Source: Hypanus sabinus (Eukaryota). Taken from it: a stretch of 64,000 nt of DNA. A model generated the notes under the pieces. It did no database searches. It was given only the letters and a program-made list of their open reading frames with translations, and was not told the origin of the DNA. Location: assembly GCF_030144855.1 (NCBI RefSeq), contig NC_082711.1, positions 118,420,001-118,484,000 on the forward strand, given 5' to 3'. Positions 12,011-25,531 of this stretch are shown here, piece by piece. The position numbers and the translations under genes were made by a program. Numbering within the stretch: position 1 is the stretch's first letter; each line of letters begins with the position of its first letter.

Positions 12011-12694
12011 GAGACTATGCATCTCTGAAATCCAAATAGATCAATTAAAGCATCCTGAAAAAAATGTGATATCCCCTCCCTCTCTCTGGGAGGAGTTTCT
12101 CCCTCATGTCTCCAGACTGAAGGGATGGACAGGGAAGCAGGTGCTGGAGTCTAAGAGTTGGCGGGTCTGAGTGCCCCGAACTTCTATGAAAGGCGAGGAA
12201 AATGTCAGGATGTGATAAGCACGGCATCAAATGGTGACCAGACTGGAAATACATAGTTCGATGGTCACAGCAGGAGGCCAGCAATACGTGCAGCAGAAAG
12301 AGGAACATTATTTACCATTCAGACAAGTATATGGGAGGGGGAGGGAGGCAGATGGACTTGCATGGATAGATATGTTGAAGGACCAAAAAAAAATGAGAGC
12401 TAAATGAGCAAAAGGAAAAAAGGATATTGAGGGTGAAAGTGTGTGGATAGTCGGAGGTATTGAGAGAGAGAGAGAGAGAGAGACTTGTGGAGGTAGACCG
12501 AGATCAAGGCAGTTCAACAGAAGCTGAGGAAGTCAAGGGCTGAAGGTGAAAATTGGAATTGCGTATGTTCTGAGAAAGGGTTTGAATCAGCGGATCGGGA
12601 CGTAACCACGATAAATAGTGCTTTCACGCACTGAAAACCTGATCACATCAAAATGTTCTGTAACCAGAGATGAAACATTGAAATCTGACCTTAC

Positions 12695-12740
12695 CGAGAA
12701 AGATGGCCAATACAAAAGCACAGTTCCAGGACGTCCCCAT
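12695..12740 (-). CDS. Gene B exon 1: signal peptide
   Basis: gaagATGG Kozak context; MGTSWNCAFVLAIFL(G), 46 bp; donor G|gtaagg in phase 1. Joins the V exon in frame to give MGTSWNCAFVLAIFLARTGASPAIVNG. Confidence 0.82.
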
Positions 12741-12785
12741 CTTCAAGCTTGTCTGGTGAGTTCGATGGCCTTGCGATTGTCTCAG

Positions 12786-12952
12786 GAGGAAGTAGAGCAG
12801 GAACTGAATATGTCATCACGAGACGAGAAGTACATATTTGACAAAAGTATCATACTGGGCCCACCCAGTTCCTTTATCTGATTCAAGTTTTAACTTTCTG
12901 AGTTTGAACTACTAGCTCCCTCCTCACTGACAAGGCTGCTTCCACTGTGGTT
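12786..12952 (-). promoter_or_regulatory. Candidate proximal promoter / 5' UTR of gene B with ETS and RUNX motifs
   Basis: GAGGAAGT (12786-12793) and CAGGAACT (12798-12805) are ETS/PU.1-type sites, and TGTGGTT (12946-12952) is a RUNX site. They lie 46-212 bp upstream of the ATG in sequence with no recognisable TE. Confidence 0.45.
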
Positions 12953-13204
12953 TGCAGAACCGATCACCATCAGCTCTCAGCAACAGACCTCATTTCTCCG
13001 GATCATTTTCACTTTTCCCCACTGCCACACAGCCATTCCGAGCCCATTTGGAGCTTCAATTCCAGAAAAAGAAGTTGGATTGTCCGGGTGGATAAACGTT
13101 TTCAGTGGCCCGAGCCTCACTGGATCGTCCTGGTGGATCAGCTATTTCCAGCTGTCCGAGCCCCTCTGGACCATCCAGGGGGATCAATTGTTTCTAGCTG
13201 CTCA

Positions 13205-16200
13205 AACCATAAGATATAGGAGTAGAAGTAGGCCATTCAGCCCATTGAGTCTGTTCTGCTATTCAATCATAGGCTGATCCAATTCTTCCACTTCCCTGCT
13301 TTCACCCCATACCCCTTGATGCCCTGGCTAATCAAGAACCTATCTATCTCTGCCTTAAATGCACCCAATGACTTGACCTCCACAGCCACTCATGGCAACA
13401 AATTCCACAGATTTAACACCCTCCGACTAAAGTAATTTCTCCACATCTCTGTTCGAAAAGGACATCTTTCAATCCTGAAGTCCTCTTGTCCTAGACTCCC
13501 CTACCATGGGAAATAACTTTGCCATATCTAATCTGGTCAGAGCTTTTAAACATTCATTCAGATTGTTTCTATAAGATCCCCCCTCATTCTCCTGAACTTC
13601 AGAGAATACAGCTCAAGAGGTGCTAGATGTTCCTCATATGGTAAACCTTTCATTCCTGGAATCATTCTTGTGAATCTTTTCTGAACCTTCTCAACTGTCA
13701 GTATTTCCTTTCTAAAATAAGGAGCCCAAAACTGCATACAATACTCCAAGTATGGCCTCACCAGTGCCTTATAGAGCTTCAACATCACATCCCTGCTCTT
13801 ATATTCTACGCCTATAGAAATAAATACCAACTTGCCTTCTTCACAACCGAATCAACCTGGAGGTTTTAGGGTATTTAGGGTATCCTGCACAAGGACTCCC
13901 AAGTCCCTTTGTATCTCTGCATTTTGACTCTGTCCTCATCTAAATGATAGTCTGCCTGATTATTTCTTCCACCGAAGTGCATGACCATACACTTTCCAAT
14001 ATTGTATTTCATTTGCCACCTCTTTGACCATTCCCTAAACTACCTAAGTCTCTCTGCAGGCTCTCAACACTACCCACTCATCCAACTGTCTTTGTATCAT
14101 CGGCAAATTTACCCACAAGTCTATGAATCCCATAGTCCAAATCATTGACATACATCATAAAAAGCAGTGATCCCAACACCGACCCCAGTGGAACTCCACT
14201 GGTAACTGGCAGTCAGCCAGAATAGGATTCCTACTCTCTGTTTTCTGCTGAACACCCAATGCTCCACCCACTAATAACTTCCCTGTAATTCCATGGGCTC
14301 TTAACTTGTTAAGCAGCCTCATGTGCAGCACCTTGTCGAAGGTCTTCTGAAAATCCAAATACACCACATCCACTGCATCTCCTTTGTCTACCCTGCTTGT
14401 AATTTCCTCCAAAAATTGCAGTAGGTTAGTCAGGCAGGATTTTCCTTTCAGGAAACCATAATGGTTTAGGCCTATCTTGTCATGTGCCTCTAGATATTCT
14501 GTAATCTCATCCCTAACAATTGATTCCAACAACATCCCAATCACTGATGTCAGGCTAACAGGTCTATAGTTTCCTTTCTGCTGCCTCCCACCCTCTTAAA
14601 TAACAATTTTCCAGTCATCCAGTACAATGCCAGAATCTATTGATTCTTCAAAGGATGCCTCCGCAGACTCTCCAGCTACTTCCTTCAGAACCCAAGGATG
14701 CATTCCATCAGATCCAGGAGATGCATCCACCCTCAGACCTTTAAGCTTCCTGAGCACCTTCTCAGCTGTAATTTGTACTGTACAAACTTCACTTCCCTGA
14801 CACTCTTGAATGTCCAGTATACTGCAGATGTGTTCCACTGGGAAAAATGAAGAAAAATTTATATTCAGTTCCTCTGCCATCTCTGCGTCTCTCATTACAA
14901 TATCACCAGCGTCATGTTCTATTGGTCCTATATCTACCATCAACTCTCATTTACCCTTTATATATTTAAAAAAGCTTTTACTTTCTCCTTTGATATCAGT
15001 CATCAGCTTCCTTTCATAATTAATCTTTTTCTTCCTAATGACCTTCTTAGTTTCCCTGTGCAAAAGCATCCCAATCCTTTATCTTCCCACGAGCTTTGGC
15101 TTCCTTGTATGCCCTCTATTTTGCTTTTACTTTGGCTCTGACTTCACTTGTCAGCCACGGTAGTGTCCTTCTTCCATTCAAAAATTTCTTCTTATTTGGA
15201 ATATCTGTCTTACACTTCCCTCATTTTTTGCAGAAACTCAGTTCTTGCTGCTCTGCTGTCCCTTTCCATTCAACTTTGGCTGTTTCCCTTTTCATACCAT
15301 TGTAATTTCCTTTATTCCTCTGAAATATCGACACATTGGAATTCAGCTTCTCCTTCGCAAATTTCAAAGTGAACTTTGTAATATTGTGATTACAGAACCC
15401 TAAAGGTTCCTTAACCTTAAGCTCTCTTATCACCTCTGGATCATTGCACAACACCCAATCCAGCACAGCCGATCCCCTAGTGGGCTCAACAAGCTGTTCT
15501 AAAAAGCCATCCTCCAGACATTCTAAAAATTCTCTCTCTTGAGGTCCAGTACTGGCCTGGTTTTCCCAATCCACTTTCATGTTAAAATCCCCAACAATTA
15601 TCATGACATTGCCTTTCTGACATGCCTTCTCTATCTCCTTCTATCCCGGCTGCTGTTTGGAGGCATATATACAACTCCTATTAAGGTCCTTTTGCCCTTG
15701 CCATTTCTTAACTCAACTCATAGAGACTCTACACCTTCCGATCCTATGTCATTTCTTTCCAATGATTTAATATTATTTCTTATACACAGAGCTACACCAC
15801 CCCTTCTGTCTACTAACCAATCTTTCTGATATACTGTATATCCTTGAACCTCCAGCTCCCAATGGTAGCCATCTTTTAGCCAAGATTCAGAGATGGCCAC
15901 AACGTTGTATTTGCCAATCTGTAGCTGAATTTCAAGATTGCCCATTTTATTCTTTATGCTGTGTGCATTCAAATACAACACTCTCAGTCCAGTATTTGTT
16001 GCTTTCTGTTTTAGCTGCACCACACCTCTATTGCCCTATAACTCACGCCACTGGCTTTGATTAAGCCTTATCTCCTACATGTTCTTTCTATAATCTCTGT
16101 TGCACACTATCTTTGATTTATTTCTGTTTTCCTCTTCCTCAGCCCTATCACTCCGGTTCCCATCCCCCAGCCAAATTAGTTTAAACCCTCCTGAACAGCT

Positions 16201-17130
16201 GAATTAAATGTGCCTGCTAGAATATTGGACCCTTTTGGTTTCTGGTGTTACCTGTCCTTTTTGTACAGGTTGTACCTCCCCCAGAAGAGGCCCCAATGAT
16301 CCAGGAATCTGAAGTTCTGCTCCCTACACCAGTCTTTTAGTCCCAAAATGATATGCCTGATCATGCTATTCTTGCACTCACTAGCAGGTGGCACGGGCAG
16401 CAATCCTGAGAGGACTACCCGGGAGGTCCCATTTTCAGCTTCCTACCGAACTCCATGAATTCTTTCTTCAGGGCCTCCTCCCATTTTTTTCACCAACGTG
16501 TACCAAGACTTCTGGCTGGTCACCCTCTTCCTTCAGAATACTCTGCACCTGATCCGAGACATCCCATACCCTGGCATCTGGAAGGCAACACACCATGCGG
16601 CTAACTCTATCAGGCTGACAGAACCTCCTCTCTGTTCCCCTCACTATGGAATCCCCTATGACTACCACATTTATCATCTTCCTCTTTCCCTTCTGCACCA
16701 CGGAACCAGGCTCAGTACCAGAGACCCGATCGCTGTGTTCGTCCTCTGTCAGGTTATCTCCCTCAACCGCTTCCAAAACAAGGTAACAATTACTGAGGGG
16801 GATGGCCACAGCGGTGCCCTCTACTATCTGAGCTCTTTCCCTCGTTTCCCTGATGATCACCCATTTATCTAACTCCTGCAGACTTGGGGTGACTAACTCC
16901 CCGTAGCTCCTCTCTATCTCCTGTTCACTCTCCCTAATCAGCTGTAGGTCATCAAGCTGCAGATCCAGATCCCTAACATGGTCTCTCAGGAGCTGCACCT
17001 GGTGCAGATGTGGCCACCTGGGAGACTGGAAGATTCCCAGGATTCCCATATCCAACAGCATGAGCATGCCCTCCATGCAGTACTTCCCTGTCTTCCCTCT
17101 GCCTCAGTAAAGCAGCCACCATTGTCAGAG
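13205..17130 (-). mobile_element. Near full-length degenerate CR1 LINE (ORF1 esterase, APE endonuclease, RT)
   Basis: ORF1 16468-17076 has VVIGDSIVRG...PEVLVHVG (SGNH-like). EN has VLYLNAHSIKNK and IIVGDFN. RT has VYLDFQKTFDKV. Confidence 0.95.
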
Positions 17131-17484
17131 ACCCCACCCATCTCAGACATTCTCTCCCATCCACCAGATGACTCAAAAACCTGAAGGCATTCACCAGCAG
17201 GATCAAAACTGATGGCAGATACAGTGGGGACAATTAAGAAACTGTAACACAGGCAGATGGATGATAGAAAATTTGAGAGCAATGCTGGAAGTTCAAAGGT
17301 CTATTGTATAGTCAAAGTATGCATGTAGAACACAATGATTTTGCCTTCTCCAGATAGCCAAGGAATATTGAAAGATCATGAGTATGGATAAAAGAAAAGA
17401 CATCAACTCCCCCATCCCCGGCACAAAAAAGAATCAAAACAGAATAGAGTTTATTTCATTTCTTACATCTATCTCTCAACATGA

Positions 17485-17805
17485 GGGATTCAAAATCTTA
17501 ATGTTGCATCTCCGTTGCTACATGTTGCCCAAACACTAAGATTGTGCATGTTATTGTTTTGTATACGTATTTACAATCAGATACAATGTCCAGTCAGATA
17601 TACAATCAGATCAATGCGTATTGATAAATCTGATTGCCTGGTGAAAGAAGCTATCCCGGAGCCTGCTGTTCCTGGCCTTTTGCTGTGGTACCTCCATACA
17701 GAGGCAGCCAAAACAATTTGAGCTTGGGGTGGCTGGAGTCCCTGATTATCATCTGGGCCATTTTTATGCACCTGCTGCTGGAAATGTCCTGAATAGAGGT
17801 GGAAA
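17485..17805 (-). mobile_element. Rex1/Babar-like LINE 3' fragment
   Basis: IIRDSSHPKLKLFWLPL... followed by a frameshifted RYHSKRPGTAGSGIASF. Resembles the conserved C-terminus. Confidence 0.6.
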
Positions 17806-20375
17806 ATGACCCACTATAGACCTCACTGCTTCTGTGACAGTCCTCAGACCCTATTGACCTGCCTGTCTCTACAATCCTCTCCAAACCCCATAGACCTCCC
17901 TGTCTCTTTAATCACCTCCAGACCCTATATTCTTCTCTCTCTAATCTCCTTGAACATATATAGTCCTCCCATTCTCTGTAATCCCCTCCAATACCTTTGG
18001 TTCTCCCTGCCTCTGCAACAGCCCCCAACCCCTCTAAAATTCCTTGTTACTGCAACGTCCTCCAAGCCTCATAGACCTCACTGCCCCTGTGATGGTCTCC
18101 AGACCCTGTAATCCTCCCTGTCTAACCCTAACCCTAACCACTATAGATCTCACTGTCTCTGTAACCCCCTCCAGGCCCAATTGACCCCCTCTATCTGTAA
18201 GCCTACAACCCCAGTAGGCCTTCCTGTCTCAGTAGCCCCCTCCAAGCTGCATCAACTTTGCTGGCTCTGAGATAGTCACCAGATTCTAAAATCCTCCCAG
18301 TCTCTGGAACCGCACCTTTGTCCTTCCTGTCTCTGGAAACCCAAAAACCATTGTACAGTAAAAATCCCTGTGTCTGTAAACTTCCAGATCCCACAGACCT
18401 CACTGTCTCTGAAACAGCCTCTGATCCGTTCAGACCCTCCTGTCAACGTAACCCCCTCCAACCACTCTGGAGCTTCCTTTCCCTGTAACCCTCTCCAATT
18501 TCCATAGAGCTCCCCATTTCTGAGATAGTCTCCAAACCCCTCCAGGTCAAATAGACCACCCTACATCTATAACACCCACCAAATGCTATCGACCATCCTG
18601 TCTCTGGAAATCACTCCCAACCCCATATTCCTCACTGTTTCTGAATCAGTCTCCAACCCTTACAGCCTCCCTGCCTTTGTAACACTCTCCAACACCTATT
18701 GACCCTCCTGTCTCTGTGACAATGCAGAGCCCATGGACCTCCTTGTCTCTGTAACCCCCACCTACTTCTGTAGAACTCCCTGTCTCTGTGACAGTCACCA
18801 GACCCTAGAGACCTCCCTGTCTCTATAACCCCACTCGAACCTCTTTCCACCTCCCTCTCTGTAACCCCACTCCAACCCCTTGTCTCTGAAAACCCTCCAA
18901 CCCTTATAGACCATCCTATAAGGTCTCCAGAATCTCCTCCAGACCCCATAGATCTCACTGTCTCTAAAACAGACCAGGTGTCTACGACAGAACTCCCTGT
19001 CTCTGTAACAGCCCTCCAACCGCTATAGACCTTCCTGCCTCTGGAAACCCACTCTGAGCTCCATAGACCTTCCTGTCTCTGAGACAGTCTCCAGATTCTA
19101 TAATCCTTTCTATCCCTGTAAACCCCTCCAGACCAGATACATCTTCATGTCTCTGTAAACCCCTCAAACCACCATCGACCCTCCTGTTTCTGTAACTCCA
19201 GCAGACCATATAGACCTCTCAATCTCAGTAACCCACTCCATCCCCTATAGATCACTCTTTCTCTGTCACCTCCTCCAAGCCCTCACTTTCTGTGTAAGCC
19301 CCTCCAACCGCTATGGACCTCTCTCTGTGTAGCCCCCTCCAGAACATAAAGACACATCTGTCTCTGTAACCCACTCCAGTAACTGTTGCCTTTCCTGTCT
19401 CTGTAAACCCTTGCAGGCCCCATGGACCTCCCCAACTTTGTAACTTCCTCCATTCCCTTTACTGAATCCTGTCTCTGTAACCCCCTCCAGCCTCTATAGA
19501 ACTCACTGTCTCTATGACAACATTCAGACCATGGAGACCTTCCTCTGTAGCCCCAGTCCAACCCCGAAAGACCTCACTTTCTCTGTCACCCTCTCTGAGC
19601 CCTTTAAACCTCCCTGTCTGTGTAATTGACTGCAGACCCTACATACCCTGCTGTGTCTGGAACCAGCTCCAAATCCTATTGACCCCACTGGCTCTGTAAC
19701 TCCCTCTAAACCCCTTTAGACTTCTCTATGTAACTGCTTCCAATCCCTACAGAATGCCCTGTCTCTGTAGCCCCCTCCAAAAACTATAGACCTCCCTGTC
19801 TCTGTAATCCCCTCGAACCCCTATATAGACCTATCCATCTCTGTAATCCATTCCACAACCTATAGAACTCCCTGTCTCTAATTCTCCTCCAACCACTATA
19901 GATCTGCTTGTCTCTATAACCATCTTCAGACTCTATCAACCTCTCCGTCTCTGTAACAAACCACAATGGCGATTGAACTCCATGTCTCTGTAACCCCCTC
20001 CCGACCTTATCGACCCCTGTCTCCATAACAGTCTAGAATTCCAATAGACCTTCAGTTTCTGTAACCCCTCCAAACCCTCCATCTCTATAACACCCTGCAT
20101 ATCCCTATAGATAATGATCTCCAAACCCAATAGACCTGCCTGTCTCTGTCACCCCCTCCATATCGCTATAGATAACAATCTCCAACCCCTACAGACCTCC
20201 CTGTCTCTGTAACCCCCTCCATATCCCTATAGATAACAATTTCCAACCCCAATTGTCCTGCCTGTCTGTGTAACAACTTCCAGATTACATAGACCTGCCT
20301 GTCTGAGTAACCCCCCCCCTCCAACCTCCATGGACCTTCTCTCTCTGAAACCCTTCCACATCCCACAGACCCATA

Positions 20376-21092
20376 GTGAATGGTGACTCCTTTGCATTAT
20401 TGGAAACAGCTTTATTTCTCAGTTTGATATCTCTTTTTTCCCCTTTCAAGGTTCCTTTGAAGACCCTGACCTGAAGATAAACTCTGACTTCGGATCTTTG
20501 TGGGAATGGGACCTACTCTCAGCTGCTTTTTGATATCCCAAGGACGCGCTCTGGAAGACTGGTTCGGCTTCAGGCTGCTGGATTTTCGTGCCTCTGGAGA
20601 CGGGCTGATTCAAGGCTGACTGACATGTCGCGGGAGAACACGGAAGATCGGAAGCAGCGGGCTTGCTGCTGGCTGTGTGTCCAGAGGTACAGAGCTCAGA
20701 AAAAAGCGAGACCACAGACTTTTAACACCATAAATCAGTGAGTTGTTTTGTAATGTCTCCCTTCTTGCTGTGAAATGGTGCCAAGTCTTTTTTCCCTTCT
20801 TCGGGAGAGAGGGAGTCTGTGGATTGTCAAATTACCGGGTGAGCGAGTAGTCTTTGGGGTACTGCAAGACTGTGTCTTTATTGATGCTTTGCTGCACATT
20901 TGAGTGCTTGGTGGAAAGTGTTGAAGTATTTTTGCTCCTGTGGGGGAAGTTGGGAGGGGCTTTGGTGTTCTAACATTTTAACTGTCTTTCATTCTTTGGG
21001 GCACTCCTTAGTTTTCCTGGATGTTTACAAAGAAAAAGAACTTCAGGATTTACATTGTATGCATTTCCCTGACATTAAATGTACCTATTGAA
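20376..21092 (+). mobile_element. Unclassified interspersed repeat inserted in the satellite
   Basis: Sharp break in the satellite on both sides. Its 3' tail (gcatttccctgacattaaatgtacctattgaa) also occurs at ~3200-3240 (acatttctctgacattaaatgtacctttgaa). Confidence 0.6.
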
Positions 21093-22768
21093 TCCTCCCT
21101 ATCTCTAACAGCCCTCCAACTCTTATTGAGCTGCCTGTCCGTGTAACGTCTTACCAGCTCCATAGATCTCCGTGATAGTCTCTGTGATAGTCTCCACAAA
21201 CTATAACCCTCCCTGTCTCTGGAACCCCACCAGACGATACAGACCTCCCTGTCTCTGTAACAGACTCCAGACCCTATAGTCTTCGTCTCTGTAACAGCCT
21301 CCCTATCTTTATAATCTCATGCAGCTCCTTTAGATCTCTCTCTCCAACCTCTGTAGACCTCCCTTTCTCTGTGATGCCCTCCAACCACGAAAGACCTTCC
21401 TGCCTCTGTAATCCTCTGAAGATGCCACAGACCTCTCAATCTGTGTAATTGCCTCCAGACCATGTACACCTCCTTGTCTCTGTAACCCCCTCCAGACCAG
21501 AAAGGCATTCCTGTCTCAGTAACCCACCCCCCAAAACCTCTTGACCTTCCTGTCTCTGTAATAACCTGAAGACCCCATAGACATCCCTGTCTCTGTAATC
21601 CCCTCCAGCCCCTGTAGACATCCCTCTCTGACACCCCACTCTAATCTGTATAAACCTCCCTGTCTCATACCCTACAGTTTCCAGACCCTACAGACCTCAC
21701 TGTCTCTACAACAGCCTTTAGAACCGATAGTCCTCCCTGTCTCTGTAGCCACATCAACCCCTATCAACCTCACCGTCTCCAGACCCCATAGACCTCCATG
21801 ACCTTGTAACCCCCTCCAGATCATATAGATCTCCCTATCTGAGTAACCCATTCCAACCACTATAGACCTCCCTGTCACTGTATACCCATCCAAACCACAG
21901 AATCTCTATCTCAGTAATCCCCTCTAGACCACATAGACCTCCCTGTCACTGTATACCCATCCAAACCACAGAATCTCCATCTCAGTAAACCCCTCCAGAT
22001 CACGTAAACCTCCCTGTCACTGTAAACCCCACCAAACCTTATAGGCCTCCCTGGTTCTCCAACATACTCCAACCCCTGTAGACACCCCAGTCTCTGCAAG
22101 ATCCATCCAAACACTATAGACCCTCCTGTCACTGTAACAGGGGTCCTCCAACCCCTATGCTTCCAGCTCTGAACACCCCTCCAACCTCTATAGAACTTCC
22201 TGTTTCAGTGACCATTTCCAGACCCAAGACATGTCCCTATAACCCCACTCCAACCCTGAAAGACCTCCCTTTCTCTGTCACCCTCTCCGAGCCCTTTAAA
22301 CCTCCCTGTCTGTGTAACTGACTGCAGACCCGACATACCTTGCTGTGTCTGTAACCTGCTCCAAATCCTATTGACACCACTGGCTCTGTAACACCCTCCA
22401 AACCCCTTTAGACCTCTATGTAACTCTTTCCAATCCCTACAGAATGTCCCCTCCAAAATCTATAGACCTCCCTGTCCATTTCCAGACTCAAGAGACGTCT
22501 CTGTCCCTACATCCCCTTTAGACTTTCCTCTCTGTAAACTCACTCCAACCACCATTTCAGTAACAGTCCCTAGATCCGACAGACCCTCCCCTGTCTCTGT
22601 AACAGCCTCTAGACCCTATGTAACTCCATGCGTCCGTAACCCCCTCCTCTATAGGAGTTCTATAGAACTCCTTGTCTGTGACACCCCTCCAACTCCTATA
22701 GATAATCCTAGCTCAGTGACAGTCCTCAGACCTGAGACCTCCTTGTCCCTATAACCCCAAACAAACCA

Positions 22769-22965
22769 TTTAGACCTCCCTCTCTGTAATCTCCTTTAGA
22801 CCTCCCCCTCTGTAATCTCCTTTAGACCTCCCCCTCTGTAATCTCCTTTAGAGCTCCCCCTCTGTAATCTCCTTTAGACCTCCCTCTCTGTAATCTCCTT
22901 TAGACCTCCCTCTCTGTAATCTCCTTCAGACCTCCCCCTCTGTAATCTCCTTTAGACCTCCTCTT
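22769..22965. repeat. Homogeneous 26-bp sub-array within the satellite, about 7.5 copies
   Basis: Unit tttagacctccccctctgtaatctcc at 22795, 22821, 22847 and onward. Confidence 0.95.
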
Positions 22966-25531
22966 TAACCCCACTCCAACCCCTATAGGCCTTTATGTTT
23001 CTGAAAATCTCCAGATTCAGATTCAGTCAGATTCTGACTTCCCTTTATCTATAACCCATCCAGCGCTTTCAGACCTCCCTTTCTCTAAAGGGGTTGGAGG
23101 AGGCTTGTGGCTGGGATCCCAACATTTATAGGAATCCCAGTCTCTGTAGCCTCCTCCAACCCTTTTAGACCTCCCTGTTTCTGTCACCCCCTCCAACTTC
23201 TGTAGAAATTCCCTGTCTCTCTAATCCCATCAGACCACTATTGACCTCCATATCTCTACATACCCCTCCAACACCAAAAGACCTCCCTGTATCTGAAACA
23301 ACCTCCAGATCATATAGAACTCCCTGTCTCTGTAACCACTTCCAAACCATATAGAAAAACCTGTCTCTGTAAGTGCCTTCAACCACCATGGACCTTCCTA
23401 TCTCTGGAAACTCCTCCAGACCCAATAGACCTCACTGTCTCTGAACAGCCTCCAACCTTTTCTACCTCCCTGTTTCTGTAACAGCCTTCAACCCCAAAAG
23501 ACCTTCCTGTCTCTGCATCCTCCTCCAAGCTCCATAGGCCTTCCTGTCTCTGAGATAGTTTCCAGATCCTATAACCCTCCCTGTCTCTGGAACCCCACCA
23601 GACCATATAGACCATAGTCTCGGCAAACTTCTCCATCCTCTGTTTCTAGAACTCCATTTGAACCCCTTTACGCCTTCCTCTCTGTAATCCCATCGTACAG
23701 ACCACCCTTTCCCTGTAAACCACTCCAACTCTATAGACCTCCCCTCTCTGTAACATCCCTTCAATCGCTATAGACTGAGAGTCTGTGAGTCTCCGGACTC
23801 TTTGGATTTCCCTTTCTCTATAAATCCCATCAACCCCTTTAAACCTCCTTGTCTCTGTAACAGCCTACAACCTCTTTAGAGCTCCCTATCGGTAACACCC
23901 TCCAAACCCTATAAACCCCCTCGTCCATGGAACCTCTCCAACCCCTATAGACCTTCCTGTCCTTGTAAGCACCTCCTATCTCTATAGACAACCCTATCTC
24001 AATAACAGTCTACAACCTCCAATGCCTGTAGACCTCCCTGTCTCAGTAACCATCTACAATACCGACCCTATCGACATTCCTCTGTCCATAACAGTCTATA
24101 ACTCCAATAGACCTCCCCAATTCTGTAATTCCCTCCAACCCCTTAAGTCCTCCATATGCCTGTAACCCCCTTCAACCCCAATAGACCTCTGTGTCACAAT
24201 AACTCCCTCCAACCCTTATAGACTTCCCTGTCTCTGCAACCTCCTCCAACCCCAGTAGATCTCCCTGTCAGTTTCCACACCCTATAAGATCACAGATCAC
24301 AAGAAAAAGGAGCAGAAGTAGGCCATTCAGCTCCGCCACTCCACCATGAGCTAAACTATTCTCCCATCGAGTTCCAATTTCTGGCTATTACCCCATATCC
24401 CTTGATACCCTGACTAATTAGATACCTATCAATCTCCTCCTTAAACACCCTCAATGATCAGGCCTCCACAGCTATATCCTCTTGTCCTGGCTGTAGCCAT
24501 ATATCCACAACCCTCTGGCTAAAAAAAAATATTTTCTCATCTCTGTTTTAAATGGGTACCCTCTAATTCTAAGACTGTGGCCTCTTGTCCTGGATTAACC
24601 CACCAAGGGAAACAGCCTTTCCACATTTACTCTGTCCAACACTTCCAACATTCGAAATGTTTCTATGAGATCCCCTCTTATTCTTCTATACTCTAATGAA
24701 TACAGTCCAAGAGCCGACTAACACTCCTCATATGTAAGTCCCTGCATTCCAGCAATCATCCTCGTAAATCTTCTCTGAACTCTCTCCAACATCAGTATAT
24801 CCCTTCTAAGATAAGGGGCCCAAAACTACACACTGTATTCCAAATGAGGTCTCACCAGTGCCCCATAGAGCCTCATCAACACCTCCTTACTCGTATACAC
24901 TATTCCTCTTGAAATGAATGTCAACATAGCATTCGCTTTCCTTACTGCTGATCCAACCTGGTGTTTAACCTTTAGCATATCCTGCACGAGGATCCCCAAT
25001 TCCCTTTGCACTTCCGATTTTTGAATTTTCTCTGTACATTTCTCAACATTGTATCTCATCTGCCATTCCTTTGCCCACTCTCATAAACTGACCAAGTCTC
25101 TCTGCAACCTTTCTGTTTCTTCAACACTTCCTGCTCCTCCACCTATCTTGGTGTCATCCACAAACTTAGCCACAAAACCATTTAATCCATAATCTAAGTC
25201 ATCCATATACAGTGTAAAAAGAAGCAGCCCCAACACTGAACCCTGCGGAACACCACTAGTAACCAGCAACCAACCAGAGTAGGATCCCTTTATTTCCACC
25301 CTTTGCTTTCTGTGATCAGCCAATGCTTCACCCATTCCAATATCTTGCCTGTAATTCCATGGGGTTGCAGCTTATTAAGCAGCCTCTTATGTGACACCTT
25401 ATCGAAGGCCTTTTTGAAAATCCAAACAGACAACATCCACAGACTCTCCCTTGTCAATTTTATTTGAGATTACCTCAAAAAATTCCAATAGGTTGGTGAG
25501 GCAGGATCTTCCCTTCATGAAACAATGCTGG

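Larger units (their letters stand above)
17806..24275. repeat. Degenerate ~37-bp satellite array (interrupted at ~20376-21092)
   Basis: Consensus approximately ctatagacctccctgtctctgtaaccccctccaaccc, recurring throughout. Confidence 0.95.

Noticed and set aside
18122-18139. Interstitial telomeric repeat (ctaacc)x3
   Set aside because: Too short to distinguish from chance within a C-rich satellite.
17806-24275. Many 60-110 aa minus-strand ORFs (ETGRS/YRDRE-rich)
   Set aside because: Translations of the ~37-bp satellite.
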